Under the pieces are notes generated by a model. It ran no database searches. It was given only the letters and a program-made list of their open reading frames with translations, and was not told where the DNA came from. Of a stretch of DNA of 64,000 bases, positions 13,917 through 25,392 are shown in pieces. The position numbers and the translations under genes were made by a program. This DNA comes from Curvularia clavata (lineage: Eukaryota): NCBI GenBank assembly GCA_023920165.1, contig CP089274.1:4030001-4094000 (forward strand), given 5' to 3'. Positions within the stretch are counted from its first letter, which is position 1. Each line of letters starts with the position of its first letter.

Positions 13917-14513
13917 ATGTCTGAACAAAATAACCAGCAACAGCAGAAGGGTGAGTATCATATGGGCTAGGAAAACTCCTTGTTTTTCGTACACACTCTG
14001 AATTGTTGAAATTGACTTGGAATCCAGGTTTCTTCGGCACCGCGGCAAGTGGACTTGGTACGTTTCTTGTCCTTCCTTTCCTTCCCTTCCTTCCCTTCCC
14101 TGCCTTTCCCCATCTCTCCATCCCCCCACAGTCTCGTACCACATCTTCCGCCCTCCCACCCCCCGTAATCTCAATTCTAACGCTTCCAAGGCAACACCCT
14201 CGGCGCCGCTACAAACACCGTCGGCAAAGGCGTCCAAGGCATCACCGACACAACAGGCAATGTTGTTTCAGCCGGAGGAAAAGGGCTGGGCGATGCGGTG
14301 ACGGGCGTTACCAAGGGAGTTGGAGACACGACCAAAGGTACGTTTGGTAAAGTCCCGAAGGGGTTTTTCGATCCCTCTGTTTTTTTTTTTCGGACTGCGT
14401 TGGGAGTGATGGCAAGGACGGTGCTGACAAGGTGAATTTCCACAGCGGCGGGAAACTTTGTGGGCGATACGACGAAGGCGGGGGGAAATACTGTTAGTGG
14501 GGAGAGGAAGTAA
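13917..14513 (+). CDS. 92-aa Gly/Thr/Val-rich 11-mer-repeat protein, LEA/hydrophilin-like (exons 13917-13950, 14028-14057, 14191-14337, 14446-14513)
   Basis: Good start context (gccATG); three canonical phase-1 introns join into MSEQNNQQQQKGFFGTAASGLGNTLGAATNTVGKGVQGITDTTGNVVSAGGKGLGDAVTGVTKGVGDTTKAAGNFVGDTTKAGGNTVSGERK*. Confidence 0.85.
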
Positions 14514-15850
14514 AAGAGAGGAGGGATGTAAAAAAGGGTGGCAGTGGGTGAGGAAAGGGGTATAAATAATTACCTGTGAATATTTGAAGAAATGATAAAT
14601 TGGTGAAAGGGTTGTACAAGTTATTTCAAGTTGTTTCCATCCTTTGATTTCTCTACCGCAGCATGTTTGCTTGGTGGTGAGATTGGATGGCAACTATGTA
14701 GTGGAGTTGCATTGGGTTTTACGCCGAAGAGTTGTGGTGGATGAGATTTAGTAGAGATGCAGTGGAACATTTTATCGTGGAGAGCCCATTACGAGCTAAT
14801 GTTATATATCCATGCATTTTTTAAAGATTGAAAACTTATGTCGAATGCTCTCTCAAAGTTTCTATGGTTTGAGATATCACCATCGTTCTATATCTCGCAA
14901 TAACCACATAGTTGGCATGATCTGGTGAAAGTGAGGGTACACGAGGTGAAGAAGGTGATTAGGGATCATGAGCTTGGGAGTTGTGAAAAAAGACTCTGAA
15001 TAGATTCGTTCATACAACCAAGAGTCATAAACTAGGCTTTTCTCGTCATCCCAGTGCATAATTGCAGATATGAAGGGATAAGGAGAGCTAGATGTAAGTC
15101 TTGACTTCGAAATGAACACCGCTCATGATTCTGGCAGGGATGACTTAGTTGTTCTTACCACGAGTTACGTTCAAAACGAGGTACTGGAAAATGATGTCTT
15201 CTCAAGTCGCTCTAATATGGGTCCGGTTCAGCCTGAATGTAATGTGTATCATTGGTGTAGTTGTATAGAGTCCACAAATTACTTCTTCTTGGCTATGAAA
15301 TATGTCTTCCTCTCAAACATCATGCATAGCCGTTCCTTCTGATATTTTGCATGCGATGATGTCATCCTTAAAGTCGTATTCGCTCTCTATCCTTCTTCAC
15401 AAGCATCACTATTCACAAAAACTCAATAAAAGCTTATCAGTTTCATTCGACATTTTGCATTTCCATGGGTATTAATTTCCCCTCAACCATTATGAGACGG
15501 TGTGAGTGAACGCCTTAAAATCAGGCAACCCATTCTGTACCACCCTAGTCTAATACGCAAGGGCCCGCCTACACTAATGCTCGAAGGAACGATCAGCAAT
15601 CTGAGTGTCCGTTTTTGATGGGTATCGCTTAGAGCGCACTGCAACGCAGAAAATACCGAGGCGCCTACTGCAGATAAACGGAAGGTGATATGCAAGCCAG
15701 GAGGCAGTTCGAGTTCTGCCGGATAGTGGGGAATTGCACGAGAACACATGTAATAATTCCAACTGAAATGTCTGTACAACCTACACAACGAGCACGAATC
15801 AGCATATTGATTTGCCTTCTTTCGTTACCTAATCTTGATATTCAAACAAA

Positions 15851-16918
15851 ATGGTAAACCTAAGTGACCTTCCAAAAGACTTCTACGTCAAGTCCATGCA
15901 ATTCACCCAGAATGCGCACCAGGATGTGTATCCAGCGATCGATCCCAGTCGCCCGGAGCACAGCTTAGTCGGCAAAGTTGCTGTCATTACCGGCGCATCC
16001 CGTGGAATTGGAGCTCTGGTAAGTCCAACACTATGTATCTCGTATTTTTGCTCCGTACTGTCGTTAAACCGACGTAGTGGAATCTTGCTGACAGAATGTT
16101 CCGGAAAGGCAATGGTCCCAGCATTTTTCAAAGCCGGTATCAAGGGTATCGTGCTCCTAGCTTCCAACGCTACCAAGCTTGCTGCCGTAGAGCAATCAGT
16201 GAAGGAAGCCAACCCCAGCATCGAGACACTTACGTACGCTCTCGATATCTCGGATTCAAAGGCCGTTGAGAGTGCTTTTGGAAAGATCAAAGAAACATTT
16301 GGCCATGCAGATGTCCTGGTCAACACCGCTGGCGTCATGACGGGAGACGGCCCGAAGCTTCACGAGACGGATCCAGAGCAATGGTGGAAGAACTTTGTAG
16401 GTTCTCCAAACCAATGGTACATTTGTAACACCGCCGATAAACTCGGCCAATTAACAAGTTCGTTATAGGAAATCAACGGAAAAGGAACTTATCTCGTGAT
16501 TCGCTCCTTCTTGCGTCTTCTGCCAGGCCCAGACACCCCCGCTACAATCATCAATGTTAGCTCGTGGCAGGCGTTCTTCACGATCCCGCCAGTGGGCGCT
16601 TACATGATGAGCAAGTTCATTCTCGACGCGCTGGCTACATATGTTGCAGTCGAGTATCCAAACGTGAACGCCGTTTCAATGCATCCCGGGCTCGTGCCCA
16701 CCGACATGCTTCGCGAGCCGTTTCGGTCGCTCTTTAACCTAGACAGTCCGGAACTTGTTGGGGGAACTGCAGTGTGGCTTTGCCAGGAGAAGGCAAAGTT
16801 TCTCAGCGGCCGCTTCATTGCTGCGAACTGGGATGTGGAGGATCTTTTGAGCCACAAGGACGAGATTGTCAGCAAGGACTTACTGAAGCTGACTTTGAAG
16901 GGGGATTTTGGTGTTTAG
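15851..16918 (+). CDS. Short-chain dehydrogenase/reductase (exons 15851-16018, 16109-16396, 16469-16918)
   Basis: TGASRGIG Rossmann motif, DVLVNTAG, catalytic YxxxK (YMMSK), HPG motif, FLSGRFIAANWD C-terminus. Confidence 0.92.
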
Positions 16919-17232
16919 ATGTCATCACGTGGCCCGATCGTATATGATCAGATACTCGAGCTGTATTTGAAGAGCGTTAGTCTATATCTTTGTTAGTAGG
17001 CCATACATGAACATGCCTCGATACAAGAATTTCTTTCACTATATGATTCTTCACATGTACTCCTAAACTGTAGTGCATCACAGATATAGAAACCTTTTGC
17101 TTTCAAAGCTATCCTTCGTCGCATGATTATTCTCATTCGTCACCTGAGACCTGTCTCAACTGCCGTTAGCTTGAAAGATCAAATAAGAAGAGTTTTCTGT
17201 CATTCTCCGTAATAGGAAGCTGCGATCCGTAC

Positions 17233-18861
17233 CTAAGCTCGGACACCTAGTTTGAGCCCGACCTAGAGTTAGCCCAACAATCCAAAACACCACCACCAAC
17301 TTTGGAATCAAATATTGCAACAACAGCTATTAAATTTGAAACTGACTACATATAGGATTAAATATAGTGCTACTAGAAACTATTTGTGTCGCCTGAGTAG
17401 CTTTTCTTTGCGTTTGTTTAGCTTCTTTTGTAGCTAAAGTAGCTGCAGCTTCTATTGCAAGCTGTATAGCTTCTCTGTCAGCAAAACGCTCATTTAGGTC
17501 TCGTTGCATCCGTTTTCTTCGCTGATATTGGTGCTGGATAGCTTGAAGCTGTTGTTGTAGTCGACTATTTTGTGACGCTAGTACTAGCCTTAGCAGAAAG
17601 CTGACGGGCTGAACGAGATAGTAGCTCTGACTGTAGAAGCTGCTGCTGCGCCTCATATAAATTCCGAGACCGCTGGGGTGTTCTAGACACCACTATACTA
17701 CTACTATTTGGCTGTTCTGGCAGTGGTGGAGTGGATGGGCGCGTCTGGATCTGTGAAGACTCTAGTACAAGTCGTGGATTATATGGAGACAGCCCAGATG
17801 CCCGCCAGCCTGCGCGTATAACGTGGCTAGACAGTCCAGCCTGTCGGGAACTCTTGTATATGGATATAAACGCTCGTTTCTTGACAGGTGCAGCGTCGTC
17901 GAGAGTAGCTAGAGCTCGGATTTGGTCGCGGTAGCTGGATTTGGTGACAGAAAATGGAGCCAAGTCGAGTGGCTGGAGTATATGGGAGGAGTGGGCTGGT
18001 AGATATATTAGATATATAGAGTGCTGGTAACCAGCCCATATAAACTCAGCACCAATATGAGAGCCGTGTCCGTCTGGAAGTAGCAGTCGACTGCGTGGCT
18101 GCCCACCACCGTCACCAGCTGTTTCTGGGTAAAATTTCCATATCCACTCAAAACCAATATTATTAGACGTTAAGCCATTAGCTGACTTAGTGTAATACCA
18201 CTTAGGTATATATTCGGATGGGAACCAAGTAGACTGGACCTAGTGCGATCCTAGTCTCGTCCATATTATAGACGTCCATATATTGGATATTATGGGGCTG
18301 TCTAGTGCGCTCAAATAGCTCAAAGAAAGCTTGAATAGTGTCTATAGTAGCTGCTTGAGCCCTAGCAGCTTCAATCTTCCGGCCGACAACTGAGTGGATG
18401 CGTGGATTACGACGTAAGAAATTGGATATCCATTTTTGGCCGAGAGGAGCAGTATTACCGTTTTAGTAGAGTATCCAAGCTACCATTTGTCGAAGAAGCG
18501 CGTAGCTAGGTGGCCGCACACAGCTGTCTTCGTGAAGGATCCAGTCGACGAGCTTAGCTTCTTGATTTGGTGACAGCCGCTGCTCGTAGTGGTGAGCTAT
18601 CGCGGGTGGAAGTCGTCCAGCTAGTCAGCTGCGAAGAGCCGATCTCGGGAGTCCATATGCAGCTGCAGCCGATCTCTGCTATTTAAAAATCACCACCATG
18701 GTAATCCTGGATAGCTAGTCGGATAGCTAGTCGGATAGCTTCTTCGCGATTGGACATATTCGACGCGTTGTGGTGGTGGTGGATAGCTTCAAAGTTGGTG
18801 GTGGTGTTTTGGATTGGTGGGCTAACTCTAGGTTGGGCTAAAACTAGGTGTTCGAGCTTAG
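17233..18861 (-). mobile_element. Degenerate Fot1/pogo-type (Tc1/mariner superfamily) DNA transposon with 72-bp terminal inverted repeats
   Basis: TIRs at 17233-17304 and 18790-18861 differ at 4 positions. Minus-strand transposase remnant from ATG 18757 with HTH regions (AYGLPRS, KWISNFLRRNP) and DDE motifs (YNMDET, LLLPDGHGSH, HILQPLDL); frameshifts, in-frame stops and an internal deletion near 18240. Confidence 0.92.
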
Positions 18862-19290
18862 ACCAGGCGCTTGAATACAGAGGCACTATCCCGAGACTCG
18901 TTAACAAAGAGTATAGCAAAACATACTTCGGACTTCCCTACATATACACCGTTCTTCTCAAAACATTTCATACGAGGAGCCATGTGTTGTGAAACAGCGT
19001 TGAATTTCTTTCCTTCCCGAATTCAAACTCTTACGTGAGGGAGATATGGCAAAAGTGTTGGTATTCCATTCCCACTGGGACACAGGCGCATTAACAGTAG
19101 CCCAGACGACAAGAAAAGTCCACAGTCTCGATACATAGCATAGCACAAAAATCTCACACGATGGCACATATACACATATCACGCATACGAACTGGGGTAT
19201 GCAACTAATCTATTCAACACAAAGCCGCGTACACAGACACAACCGCAAGTGCTTATTTCTTCTCGCGCAGAATCATCACGAACGAGTCAT

Positions 19291-20964
19291 TTAGATACCC
19301 AGGGTGAACTCGACACCAACATCGATATCACGCGCCATCTTGACGACCTTTGAGAACTGGACAGACTTCTCTGCCGCACCCTGGAGGTCATCAATGGAGA
19401 AGATCTTGAGACCAGAGTCGTTGATCTGTTACACAACAGTTAGCCAAGGTACTCTCTTATTTATACATCAAAAGTCATGTTCTGGGAGTACTTACCAGCT
19501 GCTGGGCAGCCTCCATGTTGGTACCCTGCAACCTGGCGATGACAGGGGTCTTGAGGTTCATCTCCTGGACGACCTGGATCAGACCCTTGGCGATAGCGTC
19601 GCAGCGGACGATACCACCGAAGATGTTGACGAAGATGGCGGTAACCTTGGGGTCGCTGGTGATGAGGTCGAAAGCTTGCCTGATAGCCTCGGGAGTAGCA
19701 CCACCACCAACGTCCAAGAAGTTAGCGGGAGCACCGCCGTTCAGCTTGATAATGTCCATGGTGGCCATGGCCAGACCGGCACCGTTGACAAGGCAGCCAA
19801 TGTCACCGTCAAGCTTGATGAAGTTAAGACCAACCTTGGCGGCCTTGACCTCGTCGGGGTCCTCCTGAGTGATGTCCCTCCAGTCGAAGACCTCCTTCTG
19901 GCGGAAGTCTGCGTTGTCGTCAAAGTTCAGCTTGGCGTCCATGGCGAGAACCTGGTGGTCGGTGGTCTCAGAAAGGGGGTTGATCTCAATCTGGGTAGCA
20001 TCCTTCTCCATGAAGACCTTGTACAGCTTCTGGATAGTGTCCTTGGCGTCCTCGATGCATTGCTCCGAGAAACCAAGCTCGTTGGCAATGTTGCGCGCCA
20101 TTTCATCGGTGACGCCCTTGTGGATGTCGATGGGAGTGGTGATGATGGCCTCGGGGTGCTCCTTTGCGACAGTCTCAATGTCCATTCCACCTTGCGATGA
20201 AGCGACAATGACGGGTCCCTGGGAAGCGCGGTCCATGAGGATGGCGAGGTAGAACTCACGACGGGCGAACTTGCGTTCGACAATGAAGACGGAGTTGCAG
20301 AGCCGGCCGGCGGCTCCAGTTTGCTTGGTGATGAGCTTGTGGCCGATCATCTGCTCAGCGAGGATGGCGGCTTCGCGAGGACTGCATGTGATGTGTTAGA
20401 GATTGGGCTGTTGGCTCTGTACGGAAGCAAGGTAGAGCATACGAGTAGACAACCCTGACACCGCCCTTGAAGCCGTTGTCAAAAGTTCCCTTTCCACGAC
20501 CTCCAGCAAGAACCTGGGCCTTGATGACGGCGTCCTCTCCGCCTACACATATTAGCCCCAGAAACTTCCTTCTCTACTCTTGCTGGCGCATACCAATATC
20601 CTGGGCAATTTTCTCGGCCTCGGCGCCGCTGGTAGCGACACCGCCCTTAGGGACGCCAATGCCATACTGAGCTTTGTGTTAGATATCCACGCCCGCGAAA
20701 TTGTGGGATGTTGCAATGGAGAACATTCGTACCGACTCGAGCAGGGCAGCGGACCTGTATTCGTGGATGGCAAGGCCTCTCCTTTGCTGGATGACGGAGC
20801 GCTTCAGCGGTGTTTCCTGGTCCTTGTTAGCATGTGCGCCTGCTGGACGGGGGGCAGCAAGTTGTGTAAGAGGCTTTTGCAGCTTGCGGAGAGCACCTCG
20901 GTGTACATACAGTAGCAGCGCGAAGAGCGCGAGCCAGCGGCCGGGCGCGGGCAAGGTTGTACAT
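19291..20964 (-). CDS. LSC2: Succinyl-CoA ligase beta subunit, mitochondrial (exons 20964-20911, 20816-20733, 20666-20594, 20542-20443, 20381-19496, 19425-19291)
   Basis: Arg/Ala-rich presequence, [52 protein letters not shown]-terminal VEFTLGI. Confidence 0.97.
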
Positions 20965-21185
20965 GATGTCTGGAGTCGCAGACACACGCTTGGGTAGGGG
21001 TTTGAGGGGTGGGAAAGCTCTTGATGCACAGCTCCGTTTGATGTTGGCTGCTTCACAGGGCTGTTGCGGACGTCTGCTAGCGTGCCGAGAATGAACCGGG
21101 TCCTCAAAAATATCGCGGCCGGGAACTTGGTCGTCATGCCGCAGCCAGATCTCGAGTCCTCTTGTTAAGTCCGCGCATAGAAAAA

Positions 21186-21966
21186 ATGGCCAAGAGAAAC
21201 AATGATGGCGATGTCATCGCAAATCGCATAAGCCTTCTAGAGGCAAAAGGACAAAAGCTATTGGCGTCGCTTTATGGGTCCCGACCAGACTGGGACACGG
21301 GGGATAGCGCTGCAACGCCGCAAGATGAAGATGATCAAGATCTCAAACAAAACTACGCCTACGACCGGTACGACTCGGAAATCCGTTTTGTTGATATCGC
21401 GCATGCTAATCCTCATAATTAGAATCGGTCTTGGCGGCATACTTCCCAAAGATGTCGAGGACGGCAGTTTTACCAGGAGACTACCAACATCAGATGACAA
21501 GCTGCTGCAGCAACTAATCGGCAAGAAAAAAGCCAAGGCTCACATTCAGGCGAAACAGGAGGCTGCAAGACCAAATGCAGCAGCCAAAGCACGTCAGTAC
21601 AGTAAGCCGACTGTAAAAAAGGAGGCATCCGACGATGAAGAAGAGGGGCGTGCTGCTACTTTCAAGTCGAAGCGACAGCAAAAGAAGGAGAAGAAGCCCT
21701 CCAAGGTCGACGGCAGTGATGATGAAGATGAAGAGACTAGGGCGAAGAGGTTAGCAGCTGGTGCGAAGACCAGCGAAGATCAGGAGAAAAAAGAGTCGGC
21801 TGCAGACAGTCAAGTTAATGCTAAGCCACCCCAGGAGAAAGAGGAAGAGGAGGAAGAGGAAACCGTGCAACCAGCACCCAAGAAAGCAAAGACCAAACCA
21901 AAGAGCTTTCTAGATGAGATTCTTGCCGAGCGGTCCAAGAAGAAGAACAAAAAGAGCAAGGCCTAA
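21186..21966 (+). CDS. Lys/Glu-rich fungal hypothetical protein, possibly DUF3245-like (exons 21186-21367, 21423-21966)
   Basis: Canonical intron joins two ORFs (RIGLGG at the junction); charged low-complexity sequence with C-terminal SFLDEILAERSKKKNKK. Family name is tentative. Confidence 0.8.
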
Positions 21967-22063
21967 ACAGGTCGAAGCTTCGTGCATTGAAAAAGGCGTT
22001 CTATACAGCATAATCTTTTTTCGATATACCCCCAAATATTCATCAAATCATAATACGGTTTTT

Positions 22064-23360
22064 CTACTCTCGCACAATCAAACTAGCCATGCCCATTCCT
22101 GTGCCTATACACTTACTCAGCACACCGACCTGTTCCCCGCTCCTACCCATCTCGTGCAGCAGCGTAGCAAGCATCCTTCCACTTGTTGCTCCTAGCGGGT
22201 GGCCCAGCGCAATAGCACCACCATTGGGATTGACCTTATCCATCTTATTCTCAAGCCCCAGTTTCCTAATGCAGTACAGCGCCTGACTAGCAAACGCCTC
22301 GTTGATCTCCCAGACATTGATGTCCGAGGTCTGGAGACCGGTATAGTCGAGGAGCTTGGGGATAGCGAGAGCAGGACCGACACCCATCTCATCAGGTGTG
22401 CAGCCGACGACTTGGGTACCTGCCCACTTTCCGATGATTTGTTTTTCGAGGCCGAGAGCTGTTGCGGTGGATCGGCGCATCATAAGTGCTGCGCTTGCTC
22501 CGTCGGAAACTTGACTGCTGTTGCCTGCTGTGCTTGTGCCGTTCTTGTCAAATGCTGGCTTCATAGTCGCAAGCTTCTCTACCGTAGTGCCTGGCCGAAT
22601 TCCATCGTCCTTGGTAACTGTGATTTGCTTTTGGTTCTCTGGTACCTCAGGCTCGATCCAGCGTGTAGTGACAGGTACAATCTCTTCGTCAAAGAAACCG
22701 CTCGCTTGCGCCCTCGCAGCGCGGTTTTGCGATTCCGCCGCGAACGCATCCTGGTCAGCGCGACTGACGCCATATCGCTTCGCCACGTTCTCAGATGTGA
22801 TTCCCATGCTCATGATACAGTCCCGTGCGTCCTTGACCGGGCTGTCCTTCATCTCTGGCCAGAGTTCTGTGGGAATGGCTCTGCTACCGTAGTTGCGCGT
22901 CATGCTCTCCATACCTCCTCCAATGCCAATGTCAATCTGCCCAACAGCGATGGAGTTTGCGATCGAGGTTATGGCCGACAGACCCGATGCGCAAGCGCGG
23001 TTCACTGTGCTAAATGAAGTCGTCGTGGGAATGCCAACATGGTTTGCGGCCATGCGACCCGCTTTGGAACCACCAAGCTCAGCGAGCACAGTACCAACGC
23101 ATACATCGTCTATTTTCGCAGGGTCAAGATTTGGGAACTTGTTGATAGTGGCTTTGAGGACCTGTGCAACCGTTAGTGCTCGACGTCATGTAATCAACGG
23201 GCAGATGCTGGCATACCGCGCCTAGAAGTTCATGGTCATATGCATCGCGCAATCCTCCTTTTTTGGCTCTTGTGACTGGAGTTCGCAGAGCTGAAAGGAA
23301 AACGACATCGTGTGGGTTCTTTTGGAGGATGTTTTTGAGCCCCTTCTGTACGAAAGCCAT
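22064..23360 (-). CDS. 3-ketoacyl-CoA thiolase (exons 23360-23217, 23161-22064)
   Basis: Catalytic Cys in VNRACASGL, TAGNSSQVSDG, EINEAFA, GHPLGA, CIGTGMG. Confidence 0.95.
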
Positions 23361-23937
23361 GATGGCAAGGTAAGTTGTAATAAAACGCTGACGGCGATTG
23401 CTGGGTATCAAGATGCAAGAAAAGTGAAATTAAGGAAGCAAAATTCAGGCTGGGTAGAAAAGATTGAATTATCGCCGTGCGAAGCAGCCATAGTCATGGT
23501 GAGCTAAGCCCCAGGTCCGAGGGATGGCGTGGAGCTTCGGCAAGTGAGCGCGGAGAAGTGGCGGCAAAGGTCTCTTCCGGCTCACGTGTGGCGGAGAACA
23601 ACATGGAAAAGGCTTTGGCTCGGAAACATTATGCGATGCGGCACGGCCACCGCTAAACCCAAGACCGCATTGTAGATTACTACAGAGTAGATTTCTGGAC
23701 CACCAGCCCAATCTACCCAAGTAACAATTCTTTCTCATCACGTCTTGAAGATGATGCAGCGACAGCTTTTGTGATTGTTGTGTTCATCCTTCATTCGAAT
23801 TGATGTCTGCCAAAAACCTGCAAGTCCCAAAAGAGACTCCCAGCACGTATTTTCACCCGCTAGATTTTATGCAGCTACCCATATGCCACCCCGAATTCCA
23901 TTAGCGGACACCCGACCACCCAGTGCAGTTAGAGAGC

Positions 23938-24759
23938 CTATGCGGCGGGGTATACAAGACGGAAAACGTCGTTCAGGACAAACCAGCTACCCTCGGCATT
24001 CTTGAGCTGGAAAGCCTGGGTAAAGCTCATTGGCTTTGACTCGCCCGCAATCTACCAAGGGTCAGCTGAAGCTATTCGTTGTCCAAAGAATGTGCGTACC
24101 ATGAGAGCACCAGTGACGAGGACCATGATACCATCGTCGGCAGAAGGCTGTGCGTCGACGGTGTCGGTGCGATGTTGGATCTCCTGGAAGGGCAGGTTCT
24201 TGCAAACATTAGCGTCGTGCTTCGTTTAGTGTAGGAATCTTAGCTACCTGAAGCTTCTCAACAATGGCAGCGGATCCCTGTGTTGGCTGTTGCTCAAAGG
24301 TGAGCATGGAAGACTCCTTCTATAGCATTTGTGAGTATGGAATGGCTCTGTATGTTTAGATCGGATCGCATACGTAGAGGGAGGCGAGACCGGCGCGGTT
24401 CTTGTCGAAGGTCTCGTAGTAGAACTGGACAAACTGTTCTGGGACGAGAATCAGTCGTGACTCGAGCAGAGGAGCGCAAGAAGCGAGAACAAGTGAGAGC
24501 CTGCTTCATGTGACAGGGAACATACGGGCGATGGCGTTGAAGTCGGCTAGAGAGAGTCAATGTCAGCTGCGTTAAGCGTTCTCCTTTTAAAAATGACAAG
24601 GAATGCCTATGAGGTAACAGCTAGTCGGTGAGCAGGCGCAAGGCCTCCAAGTACCTCCCATACCACGCATAGCATAAATGAGAAGACGGCCTGACACCTG
24701 CGGCACGAGGCGCATCGAGACTGGGCGTATGGCGGGGTAACGGTAGCGGACTTACACAT
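23938..24759 (-). CDS. NTF2: Nuclear transport factor 2, 124 aa (exons 24759-24756, 24546-24526, 24438-24374, 24319-24248, 24198-24100, 24051-23938)
   Basis: Spliced product MSDFNAIAQQFVQFYYETFDKNRAGLASLYKESSMLTFEQQPTQGSAAIVEKLQNLPFQEIQHRTDTVDAQP...VLVTGALM...MSFTQAFQL...WFVLNDVFRLVYPAA; not present in the ORF track. Confidence 0.95.
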
Positions 24760-25019
24760 GATTGCGGATTTCCGAGAGCTACTGCGGTCGGCTGGAAGAT
24801 ATAAATAGCTGTTTGGGACGTGTACTGGTACGCGACGACGTCAAGCAAGTGTTGGGGTAAAGTGACAAAGGCGTGTTGGGGAGCTTTTGCTGTCACAGCC
24901 CGCGATGGCTGGGCTTCGTTGGTGGGGCAAGTCCTGCCTAAACTTGGAAGCCGCCGGCCCGACGTTTCGCCGGGTCTTCCATTTTCTTCGAAGCTTCGCC
25001 TCGCGCTCACGTTTTCATT

Positions 25020-25330
25020 CCATCACTGGTCAACAGACAAGAGCGTCCTTGATGCAGGACGACGCGTCTGATGACACAGTGAAGCAATCCACAGGTAAGC
25101 ATCTTCCAATTCCCTTTTCCTCTTCGCATTATGATGATCATTCAAACGATAACTTCCGAGTCACCGACGGTGAAGTCTAAAAACAAGATCAAGCTCAACA
25201 GGCTGATTGCTCGTCTACATTTTGCATTCTCTATCATTCTAGTTGCTTCATGCGCTAACGCGTTGTCTAGGTTGTCTCATACTCGTTGCGTATCGACGCG
25301 TCCATGCAGAATCTGCAATCTAGATAGTTT
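25020..25330 (+). ncRNA. Putative spliced non-coding (or micro-ORF) snoRNA host transcript; ends approximate
   Basis: cag|GTAAGC donor at 25095, GCTAAC branch point 25254-25259, TAG acceptor ending 25270; flanking exons give only a 31-aa ORF from ATG 25052. Confidence 0.65.
25126..25210 (+). ncRNA. Intronic box C/D snoRNA with two rRNA guide sequences
   Basis: Box C ATGATGA 25131-25137; D' CCGA 25156-25159; box D CTGA 25203-25206; short terminal stem. 25144-25154 is complementary to 18S AGUUAUCGUUU and 25189-25202 to 25S CCUGUUGAGCUUGA (rRNA sequences recalled). Lies inside a canonical intron 25095-25270. Confidence 0.88.
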
Positions 25331-25392
25331 ACATAGTCAATTGAAGATGTTTTCAACCACGCCTACAAGACTTCTATAACAACGCATCTCCT

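Noticed and set aside
14877..15480. AT-rich minus-strand stretch with stop-poor frames, possible pseudogene relic
   Set aside because: No recognisable motif or consistent frame; cannot be supported without a search.
24547..24755. H/ACA snoRNA in NTF2 intron 1
   Set aside because: One good hairpin but no correctly placed ANANNA or ACA boxes; reported only as a stem-loop.
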